A DNA stretch of 63,269 nt, filler included, from Octopus bimaculoides (GCF_001194135.2; 6 parts of 6 records of this genome joined end to end with filler, not necessarily neighbours in it); one strand, 5' to 3'; counted from the whole stretch's first letter, positions 52,099 through 63,217 are shown. The notes: generated from the letters alone by a model not told the origin. Translations and numbers: made by a program.

Positions 52099-52392
52099 CA
52101 AACATGTATACTGACGTATACGCAAAGTAGTGGATCTCCGTCTTTCAGCGACGAGGGTCCAGATGTTTCATAAACTGAATTACCTGTTTCTGAATTAAGA
52201 AAGAAGTAATTGCACAGACACGTCTACAGTTAAAAATATGCCCAACCAGAAAGAGGGAGACACGCTGCTTGCGACAAGAATTCCNNNNNNNNNNNNNNNN
52301 NNNNNNNNNNNNNNNNNNNNNNNNNNNNTTAATTAATTAANNNNNNNNNNNNNNNNNNNNNNNNNNNNNNNNNNNNNNNNNNNNTCATTAAA

Positions 52393-53071
52393 ATGGAATG
52401 TCAAGTTAAAAAAACATGAGCATTTTCGACACCTTTTTTCAAGGTTCTAAGGCCACAAAAGCTGCTCGCAACACTTGTGCTGTGTATGGAGAGGGTGCCA
52501 TAGCTAAAAGAACCATTCATGATTGGTATGCCACATTCAAAAATGGAAATTTTGACCTCAAAGACGAATCTCGTTCTGGCCATCCAGTTGAGTTCAATGA
52601 AGTGCGATTAAACCAACTTTTGCACGAAAATTCTCGTCAAACGACAAGAGAATTGGCAGCGAAAATGGAATGCTCCCACACTGCTGTAGAGATGCATCAT
52701 GACTCGATGGGAAAGGTTTATAAGTATGGAGCATGGGTTCCGCATGCTTTAAGTGACGACAACAAAAATCGATGAGTCACAATCTCCACTAGTTTGCTTG
52801 CTCGTCACCGCTCAACTCATGGACACAAGCAATGATTTCTTTACTGAATCGTTACTGGCAACGAAAAATGGTGCCTGTATATCAATATGAAGCAGCATGA
52901 AGAATGGCTTAGCCCCAGTAAACAAGCGATACCGTGTGTGAAACAAGAACTTAATTCGCATTAAACAATGTTGTGCATATAGTGGACTGGGAAGGGATTA
53001 TCCATTACAAACTGCTTGAATGGAACCAAACAGCCAATGCAGAACTCTATGTCCAACAGATGGAACGACTA
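52393..53071 (+). mobile_element. mariner transposase relic, N-terminal two-thirds (mellifera-subfamily-like)
   Basis: MECQVKK..HFRH, AARNTCAVYGEGAI, WYATFKNGNFDLKD..RSG.P, GAWVPHAL, IVTGNEKWCLY, WEGIIHYKLLE.NQT.NAELYVQQMERL. Confidence 0.92.
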
Positions 53072-53347
53072 TGCAAATGAACCCACACATAACTCCTACA
53101 CACACAACAAACATTAACACATACATGCACACACACAAAATAACTCACGTGCGATCCACAGAGCAAACCGCACGCATATATATATACACATACACACACG
53201 CACACACAAATACAGGCACACATTGCAAGAAAATCACACCCACACAACATACACATGCTCAAAAACTGCCTGCCCACTTTCTACTGACCATTATCCACAA
53301 CCACTCCCAAATTATTCCTGCTACTAATTCCTTCCACAATGTTAAAC

Positions 53348-53381
<34 letters not shown>

Positions 53382-53544
53382 CAGATAAACAGCCAAACCA
53401 CACACACACATACGTACATACACGTTGTTATTACACACACGCAGACACACGGACCCGCGCGCACGCACACATACTTAACTCCTTCTTGCACTCTCCTATC
53501 TTAGAAAGAACTTTTCTTCCACCCTTTCCCTTCCAGACATTCCA

Positions 53545-53735
53545 CAATGTAACCTCGTGGATATCATTGGCGATTTTTTCTTCCTCCGTCTTTCCCTTCT
53601 TTGTTTCCAACAAAGAGCTCCGCTCGAAATGTCAAATTCTCTTTCTTTCCTTCCCCGAGCGTCCAGTAACACAATCTGTATCACGTCCTCACGTTGTTGT
53701 TTTTTTTGTCTTTTTCCTTTTTTGAACCTATATAT
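53545..53735 (+). mobile_element. Hammerhead-bearing repeat, paralogue of the 25183-25310 element, decayed core
   Basis: Shares ttcctccgtctttcc and tgttt-core-A-GAGC-loop-GCTC-GAAA with the 25-kb copy; ends in (TA)n. Confidence 0.7.
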
Positions 53736-54306
53736 ATATATATATATATATACTCTTTTACTTGTTTCAGTCATTTGACTGTNNNNNNNNNNNNNNNNNN
53801 NNNNNNNNNNNNNNNNNNNNNNNNNNNNNNNNNNNNNNNNNNNNNNNNNNNNNNNNNNNNNNNNNNNNNNNNNNNNNNNNNNNNNNNNNNNNNNNNNNNN
53901 NNNNNNNNNNNNNNNNNNNNNNNNNNNNNNNNNNNNNNNNNNNNNNNNNNNNNNNNNNNNNNNNNNNNNNNNNNNNNNNNNNNNNNNNNNNNNNNNNNNN
54001 NNNNNNNNNNNNNNNNNNNNNNNNNNNNNNNNNNNNNNNNNNNNNNNNNNNNNNNNNNNNNNNNNNNNNNNNNNNNNNNNNNNNNNNNNNNNNNNNNNNN
54101 NNNNNNNNNNNNNNNNNNNNNNNNNNNNNNNNNNNNNNNNNNNNNNNNNNNNNNNNNNNNNNNNNNNNNNNNNNNNNNNNNNNNNNNNNNNNNNNNNNNN
54201 NNNNNNNNNNNNNNNNNNNNNNNNNNNNNNNNNNNNNNNNNNNNNNNNNNNNNNNNNNNNNNNNNNNNNNNNNNNNNNNNNNNNNNNNNNNNNNNNNNNN
54301 NNNNNN

Positions 54307-54347
<41 letters not shown>

Positions 54348-54353
<6 letters not shown>

Positions 54354-54419
54354 GAGAAAAGACCTAATCATCAGTATGGAGTTCTGCTGCACGACAACGC
54401 CCACCCTCATATCACCCCT
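54348..54419 (+). mobile_element. Continuation of the 52393 mariner (second catalytic D)
   Basis: IQEKRPNHQYGVLLHDNAHPH follows QQMERL in mariner transposases. Confidence 0.8.
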
Positions 54420-54960
54420 CCTGTAGTTATTTCTATCTAAAGCATCACATTTACCTTTGTAGCAGTGGACTATGGAGTCCTTGGGTATAACTCCATCATG
54501 AACTACCTGGTTTACAATACAGGAGACTAGGCCATAGCCCACACCTCCAGACGTTTTAAGCATCACACTGGTGATTCCTGATGGGCCGGAGGCTTTTCCT
54601 GGCTTCATATCCTTAATTGCTTTATTTACCAGGGTGCTGTCTATTCAGATAGCAGGTCCCTCTACTAGATCAACATTTGGCAGGCTCTCCTCTTCCCATT
54701 CATTCTCCACGTTTAACAGTCTTTCATAATTGCCCCTCCAAGCTACTTTCTTCTCCGAATCATTAAAAGCAAGTGCACCATCATCCATTTCTATCCTGCA
54801 ACATCACAATTTTCTCTCACACACTATCTTGCAATCCGGAATGCTTCAGTTCTGTGGCCCTCACAATGCTGGACATGGGCAAACTTCTTTTCTGCTTCGC
54901 CTTTAGCTATGCATGCCTGTCACCCAGCCTCCCTGCTACCCCCACCACCCTTCTAGGCTT
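54419..54960 (-). mobile_element. RTE-clade LINE ORF2 internal fragment
   Basis: KKVAWRGNYERLLNVENEW, VNKAIKDMKPGKASGPSGIT..MLK, IVHCYKGKCDALDRNNYR. Confidence 0.9.
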
Positions 54961-55554
54961 TCCACATACACATCATATATANNNNNNNNNNNNNNNNNNN
55001 NNNNNNNNNNNNNNNNNNNNNNNNNNNNNNNNNNNNNNNNNNNNNNNNNNNNNNNNNNNNNNNNNNNTACATAGACACATTTATTAATATATATCTTGTT
55101 TGTTGGTGGGCCTTTTCCGGGATTTAAAATTGCTTCTAATTTTCATGAGTTCTTCGTTTGTTTTGTTAATAGACCTTTCTATTTCATTCTTCTGGTGAGA
55201 TCATGGAATTTTGCTATTATAAATAACCTTTATATACTCTTTACAGGTAGGTAAAGGAACATCTTTAAGAGATGTTTCAATATTAATCTTCTCCATTTTA
55301 TTTTTATTTTATTAGAAATCAGTTTCTTATTGATAAAAGGTTATTAATAACGGTAATAGTAATGTAAGTATAAAAAGGCTGAATTAAATTTTGTCCCTTA
55401 ATTTGGAGGATTCCAAAAAACATTTCAAATATAGATTCATATTTTGCTGGTAGTTAACTGGTGTAAGCTTGCGAATATGAAAATAACACTTGTATATAGT
55501 GTTTTATGTGAATTTATGGAAAGGAATCCCATAAAACTCAACAAATTTGAAAGA

Positions 55555-55860
55555 AAAGCAGAATGTACATTTGGTGCAATGTTGCCAACAGGGACAGAAT
55601 CTCATGGAAGGAACTTTGGATTTGGGAACATGCAAGAACAACCTTCCTGATCAAGTCTACTTTTGACGTTTAATCCTCACTGGCGAATTTAGTCTGGTGG
55701 AACATATAAACAACTGATGAATGTAGATGCAGAGAGAAAGCGACGGTGAGACATGGTCTGTCAAACTGCAGGCTAGCACTAGACAGATATACATGGAGTC
55801 ACAATCAAGTCCGCGGCGTAATAAGCGCAGCACTCAAGGAGAAAATTGAAAGATATAAGA
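55555..55860 (+). mobile_element. HERO/NeSL-like RLE LINE fragment (zinc-knuckle region)
   Basis: VHLVQCCQQGQ / ISWKELWIWEHARTTFLIKSTFDV*SSLANLVWW..DECRC....RHGLSNCRLALDRYTWSHNQV; CCHC knuckle followed by RH-like motif. Confidence 0.75.
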
Positions 55861-56589
55861 GGAGAATGGTGAATAAGAAGGTGGGTACCCCTTTTCTCCC
55901 TCTTTGCCTCTACCCATCTGTCTATCTATCTGACTATCTATCTATCCATCTATATATCTATCTATCTATCTATCCATCTCCATTGTCTTGGAACTTCACC
56001 CAAAAAAAACAAAAACGTTCTCTTCTAAACAAAACCCAAAAAAAACATGTTTTATATAAATGAACAAGCTGTTTGTACATTCACAAAATTGTATTTGAAA
56101 AGTTCTAGAGAGGAACAAGAGCGCTAATAATAATGAAGATATAAAAGGATTTTTTTCCAAAATTCTGACGACTATTTTTTTTTCAATATTCAATTCTGTA
56201 CATCACACCTAACACTTTATACATATCTCCTTGGATGTACAAGACGCCAGAATGAATGGAACACAATCAAACTCACAGCTGAGAAACACTAAAAAATACA
56301 GAACTTCTCACAGAAATATCTAATAAGTTAAATTTACTTATTTCAAGACTGGATGCAATCTTCACAAATGCAGATAGAACTGTGAATGATGCACATACTG
56401 AAGGTGCTCCAACAACAGAGACCTCGGCAGAATTTGAACTCAAGTCATAAAGACGGACTAAATAACACTTCTAAAATACAAAATTTTGTCAAAAACATTA
56501 AGAATAAACCCTGTTCTATGTGACATATTCTACCAGTATCAGAAGTTTGAAAGTGTTTAGTTAAAAAAAAATTAAATAATCTGTATGTC

Positions 56590-56690
56590 AAAGTCCACCA
56601 CGGCAAAATTTGAACTCAAAAATGTAAAGACAAATGAAATACCGTTAAGCATTTTGCCCAGCACGCTAACATTTCTGACAGCTTGTCGTC
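56590..56690 (-). mobile_element. SINE family 2, 5' part
   Basis: aaagtccaccacggcaaaatttgaactc...taagcattttgcccagcacgctaac. Confidence 0.8.
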
Positions 56691-57222
56691 TTAGAAAGTA
56701 GACATTAATTTTAGAAATATATTTTTTATTCTTAAGCGTTATTCCCTTACTTCCTGACATGAAATTTCATAACATTTTACCTCAAAACTATTTTTCTACT
56801 AATTTTTGTTCAATGTGACTAGTGATTCTGAATTCCACATGCATATTTCTATCAATTAAAACCCAGGAAAGGTATACTTTTAATTTAAAATTAAAAGATT
56901 TATGTTAGCCTCCCCTTGAAGTTGCAGATATTTTGATGTAAATTTTTTTCTACTGAACCAAATCTCAAACTATTTTTGCCAAAGTGTAGCTGAGGAGGTG
57001 CCCTCTTTAAAACTATTAACAGTTTGCAATATAGTTGAGAACCGAATTAGTGGTGAAGCTAGGAAGTTGCTGTGATTGACAAAATCGTGGACTTAATATA
57101 TTCAACCACTACCCTGGTTTGAATAATATACATATGCATATGCATCTATATATATGCATACATACTTATGCATCTATATATATGCATACATACTTATGCA
57201 TCTATATATTATATATATATAT

Positions 57223-57871
57223 CTAACCGAGACCTATGGAAATATGCTGTGCGTGAGAAGACCCAGCAAGCCAAGTGAGACCTAAATCCAAGGCTTCTGC
57301 CAGGGGTGTCGCCAGCCCACTTATGCGTATCTTTCCTTCATTGGAAACTAAACTCCACTTGCTAAGACCTGTTGAGGCAATCGAAATCGAACTAAATTCG
57401 ACAACTGGCACCCATGCCAATGTCGTCTCCTTCATTGGACACGAAACTCGGCTGGCGAAGACCTGTTGGGGTAAGCAAAAGCGAAATCGTGATGGCACCT
57501 GTGCCCAGCATCGCCTTTCTGGCACTTGTGCCCAGCATCGCCTTTCTGGCACTTGTGCCCGTGGCATGTGTAAGGACTTTCAAGCGAGATCATTGCCAGT
57601 GCCCCTGGACTGGCTCTTGTGTGGGTGGCACATAAAATACACCATTTTGAGCGTGGCCGTTGCCAGTACCACCTGACTGGCCTTCGTCCCGGTGGCACGT
57701 AAAAGCACCCACTACACTCTCTGAGTGGTTGGCGTTAGGAAGGGCATCCAGCTGTATAAACTCCGCCAAATCAGATTGGAGCCTGGTGTAACCATCTGGT
57801 TTCACCAGTCGTCAGTCAAATCGTCCAACCCATGCTAGCATGGAAAGCGGACGTTAAACGATGATGATGAT
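57223..57871 (+). mobile_element. RTE-like LINE 3' end: last codons, 3' UTR and (GAT)n tail
   Basis: NRDLWKYAVREKTQQAK*, then a UTR with a 27-bp tandem repeat (57494-57560), ending ggacgttaaacgatgatgatgat. Confidence 0.8.
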
Positions 57872-58215
57872 ATATATACATATATACATGCATATATACT
57901 TATGCATTTATATATATGCATATATACACGCTTATATACTTATGCATATACATATGCATGTATACATCTACATACATATATATATATATATATAAATATA
58001 TATATACACACACACTATATATGTGTGTGTGTATGTGCATATATATATATATATATAGGCACCACTTTTCATTTATGTCTTATGTAGTGTTTTTGGTACC
58101 GAAACACTTTCAAACNNNNNNNNNNNNNNNNNNNNNNNNNNNNNNNNNNNNNNNNNNNNNNNNNNNNNNNNNNNNNNNNNNNNNNNNNNNNNNNNNNNNN
58201 NNNNNNNNNNNNNNN

Positions 58216-58522
58216 TAATATATAAATATATGCATATATCCATACATATATGTACATACCGACATATATATGTATATATACATGCACATATAGGTACAGG
58301 ACATCAAAAAAACGTTGAACACAATGAGAAACGAAAACATAAAAGCAAAAATATAGAAAACAAACTTTTTTTTTCGAACAACAAAACGAGACGTCCCTGT
58401 TTCATCTACTCCGCATTTCGATGTCGTTTTCTGATGTCCTGTACTCATATGTGCATATGTATATACATATATATGTAGGTATGTACATATATGTATGGAT
58501 ATATGCATATTTCTATATATTA
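58216..58522. repeat. Fold-back inverted repeat, arms about 99 bp, 110-nt spacer
   Basis: 58216-58314 is about 90% (by eye) the reverse complement of 58425-58522. Confidence 0.9.
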
Positions 58523-58659
58523 TTTATATTATTATATATATATGTGTGTGTATATAATAAAACAAATATATATATATATCTACTAGCAGCATAGCCTGGC
58601 GTTGCCCGGGATTGCTAAGATATTAAGCTAATCAAGCGCTTTGTTTCAAACCAAACTAT

Positions 58660-58752
58660 AGAAAACACTTGTCCAAGGTGCCACACAGTGGGACCAAATC
58701 CGGAACCATGTGGTTGGTAAGCAAGCTACTTACCACACAGCCACTCCTGTGC
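58660..58752 (-). mobile_element. SINE family 1, head
   Basis: caaggtgccacacagtgggacc...cttaccacacagccactcctg. Confidence 0.9.
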
Positions 58753-58767
58753 TATATACATACATCG

Positions 58768-58799
<32 letters not shown>

Positions 58800-58809
58800 C
58801 ACACATATA

Positions 58810-59300
58810 TAATTCCAAGAGAGAGGTTGTGAATCCAACCAACCAAGGGATAATATCTATCCAATATACTGCTGGTAGAATACCCAATTATTAATACACA
58901 AGCGTTTTTTTATTGCATGGCAATTACACTACTGAATGTAATAAATAGGTGAGGGTAAAAAGTTGTTTTACCCTTAATTTATACAGTAATAAGAAAATGG
59001 AGAGGTGGTATTCATCAACCTTTAGACATTATATTATGTCTATTTATTTTTTAAAAAACAATTATAATATACATACATGTGTAACATATTATGCTTTACA
59101 TATATAAAAATACCAGTAATTATTAAAATATATAACGTAGAACATAGAAAGTAGAATAGTTTCTTACAGCTGTTTCAGCCAAGAGGTCATAGTACCCCAC
59201 TTTACTTCCATCCCTTCAGTGAGCTGAAGTATTTGGTAGATAAGATTAAGGTACTTGGTTGTGCCTCTGGGCTTCGTCAGAGAGTTTAGAAAGTTCATAA
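58810..59300 (-). mobile_element. About 490-bp non-coding repeat bounded by (TA)n, carrying a hammerhead (Penelope-like/retrozyme-like)
   Basis: Second partial copy inverted at 62199-62395; hammerhead near its 5' end on the minus strand. Confidence 0.65.
59155..59290 (-). ncRNA. Type-I hammerhead ribozyme motif with long nested stem II
   Basis: TCT-CTGACGA-AGCCCAGAGG...CCTCTTGGCT-GAAA-CAGCTG-TA-AGA; stem II 9/10 paired, ACAGCTGT palindrome, GUA triplet. Confidence 0.7.
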
Positions 59301-59702
59301 GTTGAAGTTATAAATATAAATACATACATATATACACGCATTTACATATACATAAATACATATCTATACATTTATATATTATATGTATATGCATACAACG
59401 GAATCAATTATATTATTAGGTGTATTATATTATACTTATTAGATAAAGTATAAGCAGAGGAAAGAGAAAATTACCAAAAGAGAAAATAATAGTGGAATTT
59501 AAATAATCAATCGATCTTAAGATTATTGTAGTTCTGTAGGAATGAAAAGGTGTATAAATGAGGATATATATATATATACATACACACACGCATATATATA
59601 TATTTACATACAAACATACCTATAAGCACATACATATTTCATGTGTTGAGAAGGGAGGATTACTGTAGTAGTTCGTATTTTTCTTTTTATATAATCATAA
59701 TA

Positions 59703-60030
59703 ACGTGGAGGCGCAATGGCCCAGTGGCTAGGGCAGCAGACTCGCGGTCATAGGATCGCGGTTTTGATTCCCAGACCGGGCGTTGTGAGTGTTTATTGAG
59801 CGAAAACACCTAAAGCTCCACGAGGCTCCGGCAGGGGATGGTGGTGAACCTTGCTGTACTCTTCCACCACAACTTTCTCTCACTCTTCCTTCCTGTTTCT
59901 TTTGTGCCTGTAATTCAAAGGATCAGCCTTGTCACACTGTGTCATGCTGAATATCCCCGAGAACTACGTTAAGGGTACACATGTCTGTGGAGTGCTCAGC
60001 CACTTGCTCATTAATTTCACGAGCAGGAGT
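59703..60030 (+). mobile_element. tRNA-derived SINE, third family (octopus OK-like)
   Basis: A-box tggcccagtggctagg and B-box-like ggttttgattcc; body ends gtctgtggagtgctcagccacttg. The family name is from recall. Confidence 0.75.
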
Positions 60031-60554
60031 GCCAACAAATCATAATAATTATACACATGCATATAAATATATACATGCATATAAACATGCAATACATTTT
60101 CTATTGAGGGCTTGAGATAAAGCTCCACACTAAGTGGGTTAGAGTTTATATTAATACCTGTGATATTAGTCAGTACTAAAAGTAATAAATTTCCGAGTAT
60201 TAATCAAGATACTTTATTATTTTCCATTACTTTTTGTTTACCAAGTTGCTGAAACGTGTGGGAAGTGGGGAGGGGGTTATGGTCAGTCCCATAATCTAAT
60301 TGGTCATCTGTTGTTTTGAAAGGCCATGAATTTGTTGTGGTCGGTTAATGGATAACAGATAACATAAACAATAAAGTAAGCAAAAATATATAAATGTATA
60401 CAAATAAAAACAAATAATCTAAGATTAACTATTAGTAGGTAGGATAGTAAAAGTCAATAAAGAAATTAATATAGGGACTTGACTCTATTATATTATATTA
60501 AATTAAGTTTTGTTAAATTACGCAATACATAAGTGAAGTGTGGATGAATTTATC

Positions 60555-60709
60555 ATCATCATCATCGTTTAACGTCCGCTTTCCATGCTAGCATGGGTTG
60601 GACAATTTGACTGAGGACTGGTGAAACCGGATGGCAACACCAGGCTCCAATCTAAATTTGGCAGAGTTTCTACAGCTGGATGCCCTTCCTAACGCCAACC
60701 ACTCAGAGA

Positions 60710-60712
<3 letters not shown>
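60555..60712 (-). mobile_element. RTE-like LINE 3' tip
   Basis: (cat)n cgtttaacgtccgctttccatgc...aacgccaaccactcagagag. Confidence 0.85.
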
Positions 60713-60744
<32 letters not shown>

Positions 60745-62148
60745 TTAGTATTTTAGGTTAAAGTGATATTACTAAGGGGTTTTAATAGGCTGCATATGAA
60801 AGATAAGTTATTACACATTTATTACATAAAAAAGCAGTATATAATAACACATGTATCAGTCTAATTAGGGGAATCATTTGTATATTTACTAAACCATATG
60901 GATAATATAGGGTTAAAATTATATGTTGGAAGTTATTCGGACCAAATTCAAATAAGGGACAAAAGACCAAAAGTGACCGTACAAGTTACTTCACTAAGTT
61001 GTTATTTCAAATGCATTCTCTGATATAATACATTAATTGCAATGCCCCATGCAACAGTGTTTAGTTATTAAATTAATGAACCAACTCAATATATATCCTC
61101 TTTTATCTATACCTACCTATTACTAAATTGTTATTTATCGCTAAAATTCTGTTTAAAATCTATTTCATCTGACAAAATACATCACATGCAAGACTCTAAT
61201 AGTGTTGAGTCACTTAATGAACTAATCAGTCATTCAGTCCTTTAAAACACTTATCCGTCTATTTATTCAGTTAATTACTTTAAATGTTATATTTAAGAGA
61301 TGTGAGGGGGGGGGGNNNNNNNNNNNNNNNNNNNNNNNNNNNNNNNNNNNNNNNNNNNNNNNNNNNNNNNNNNNNNNNNNNNNNNNNNNNNNNNNNNNNN
61401 NNNNNNNNNNNNNNNNNNNNNNNNNNNNNNNNNNNNNNNNNNNNNNNNNNNNNNNNNNNNNNNNNNNNNNNNNNNNNNNNNNNNNNNNNNNNNNNNNNNN
61501 NNNNNNNNNNNNNNNNNNNNNNNNNNNNNNNNNNNNNNNNNNNNNNNNNNNNNNNNNNNNNNNNNNNNNNNNNNNNNNNNNNNNNNNNNNNNNNNNNNNN
61601 NNNNNNNNNNNNNNNNNNNNNNNNNNNNNNNNNNNNNNNNNNNNNNNNNNNNNNNNNNNNNNNNNNNNNNNNNNNNNNNNNNNNNNNNNNNNNNNNNNNN
61701 NNNNNNNNNNNNNNNNNNNNNNNNNNNNNNNNNNNNNNNNNNNNNNNNNNNNNNNNNNNNNNNNNNNNNNNNNNNNNNNNNNNNNNNNNNNNNNNNNNNN
61801 NNNNNNNNNNNNNNNNNNNNNNNNNNNNNNNNNNNNNNNNNNNNNNNNNNNNNNNNNNNNNNNNNNNNNNNNNNNNNNNNNNNNNNNNNNNNNNNNNNNN
61901 NNNNNNNNNNNNNNNNNNNNNNNNNNNNNNNNNNNNNNNNNNNNNNNNNNNNNNNNNNNNNNNNNNNNNNNNNNNNNNNNNNNNNNNNNNNNNNNNNNNN
62001 NNNNNNNNNNNNNNNNNNNNNNNNNNNNNNNNNNNNNNNNNNNNNNNNNNNNNNNNNNNNNNNNNNNNNNNNNNNNNNNNNNNNNNNNNNNNNNNNNNNN
62101 NNNNNNNNNNNNNNNNNNNNNNNNNNNNNNNNNNNNNNNNNNNNNNNN

Positions 62149-62184
<36 letters not shown>

Positions 62185-62198
62185 CCATATATATATAT

Positions 62199-62395
62199 AA
62201 ACAGCTGTAAGACTATTCTACTTTCTATGTTCTACGTTATATATTTTAATAATTGCTGGTATTTCTTTTTATATATGTAAAGCATTATGTTATACATGTA
62301 TGTATATTGTTATAATTGTTTGTTTTTTTAAATAGACAATATAATGTCCAAAAGTTGATGAATACCACCTTTTGATACCCTCCATTTTCTTAATG
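62199..62395 (+). mobile_element. Partial copy of the 58810-59300 repeat
   Basis: aaacagctgtaagactattctactttctatgttctacg...gatgaataccacc is the reverse complement of 58950-59175. Confidence 0.85.
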
Positions 62396-62489
62396 CCATA
62401 TATATGTACACATATATAATCATATATATACATGCATCATATATATACACATCATGTATATATATATATACATCATGTATATATCTTTT

Positions 62490-62716
62490 TTTTTACTCTT
62501 TCTACCTGTTTCAGTCGTTTGGCTGTGGCCATGCTGGAGCACCGCCTTTAGTCGGGCAAATCGACCCTAGGACTTATTCTTTTGTATGCCTAGTACTTAT
62601 TTAATCAGTCTCTTTTGCTGAACCGCTAAGTTACGGGAACATGAACATACCACCATCGGTTGTCAAGCGATGTTAGGGGGACAAACACAGATACACAAAC
62701 ATACACACACACACAC

Positions 62717-62749
<33 letters not shown>

Positions 62750-62932
62750 TATATACATACATATATACAACAGGCTTCTTTCAGTTTCCGTCTACCAAAT
62801 CCACTCACAAGGCTTTGGTCGACCCGAGGCTATAGTAGAAGACACTTGCCCAAGGTGCCACGCAGTGGGACTGAAACCGGGACCATGTGGTTGGTAAGCC
62901 AGCTACTTACCACACAGCCACTCCTACGCCTA
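62490..62932 (-). mobile_element. SINE family 1, full-length copy
   Basis: Complete reverse complement of the 2042-2457 structure. Confidence 0.92.
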
Positions 62933-63217
62933 TACATATATATCATATATATAACCAATATATACACATCATATATATATATATATATATATATACACAT
63001 CATATATATATACACATATATATATACACATTCTATATATAATCATATATATATACATATACACACATATATAAACATCATATACACGTATACACATCAT
63101 ATATATATATACACATATATATATACACATTCTATATATAATCATATATATATATACCATATACACACACATATATAAACATCACATACACATATACATC
63201 ATATATATATAGATATA

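Noticed and set aside
57275-57805. Overlapping 60-130 aa ORFs on both strands
   Set aside because: They fall in the GC-richer LINE 3' UTR; the RCWAQVPER repeat is simply the 27-bp tandem unit.
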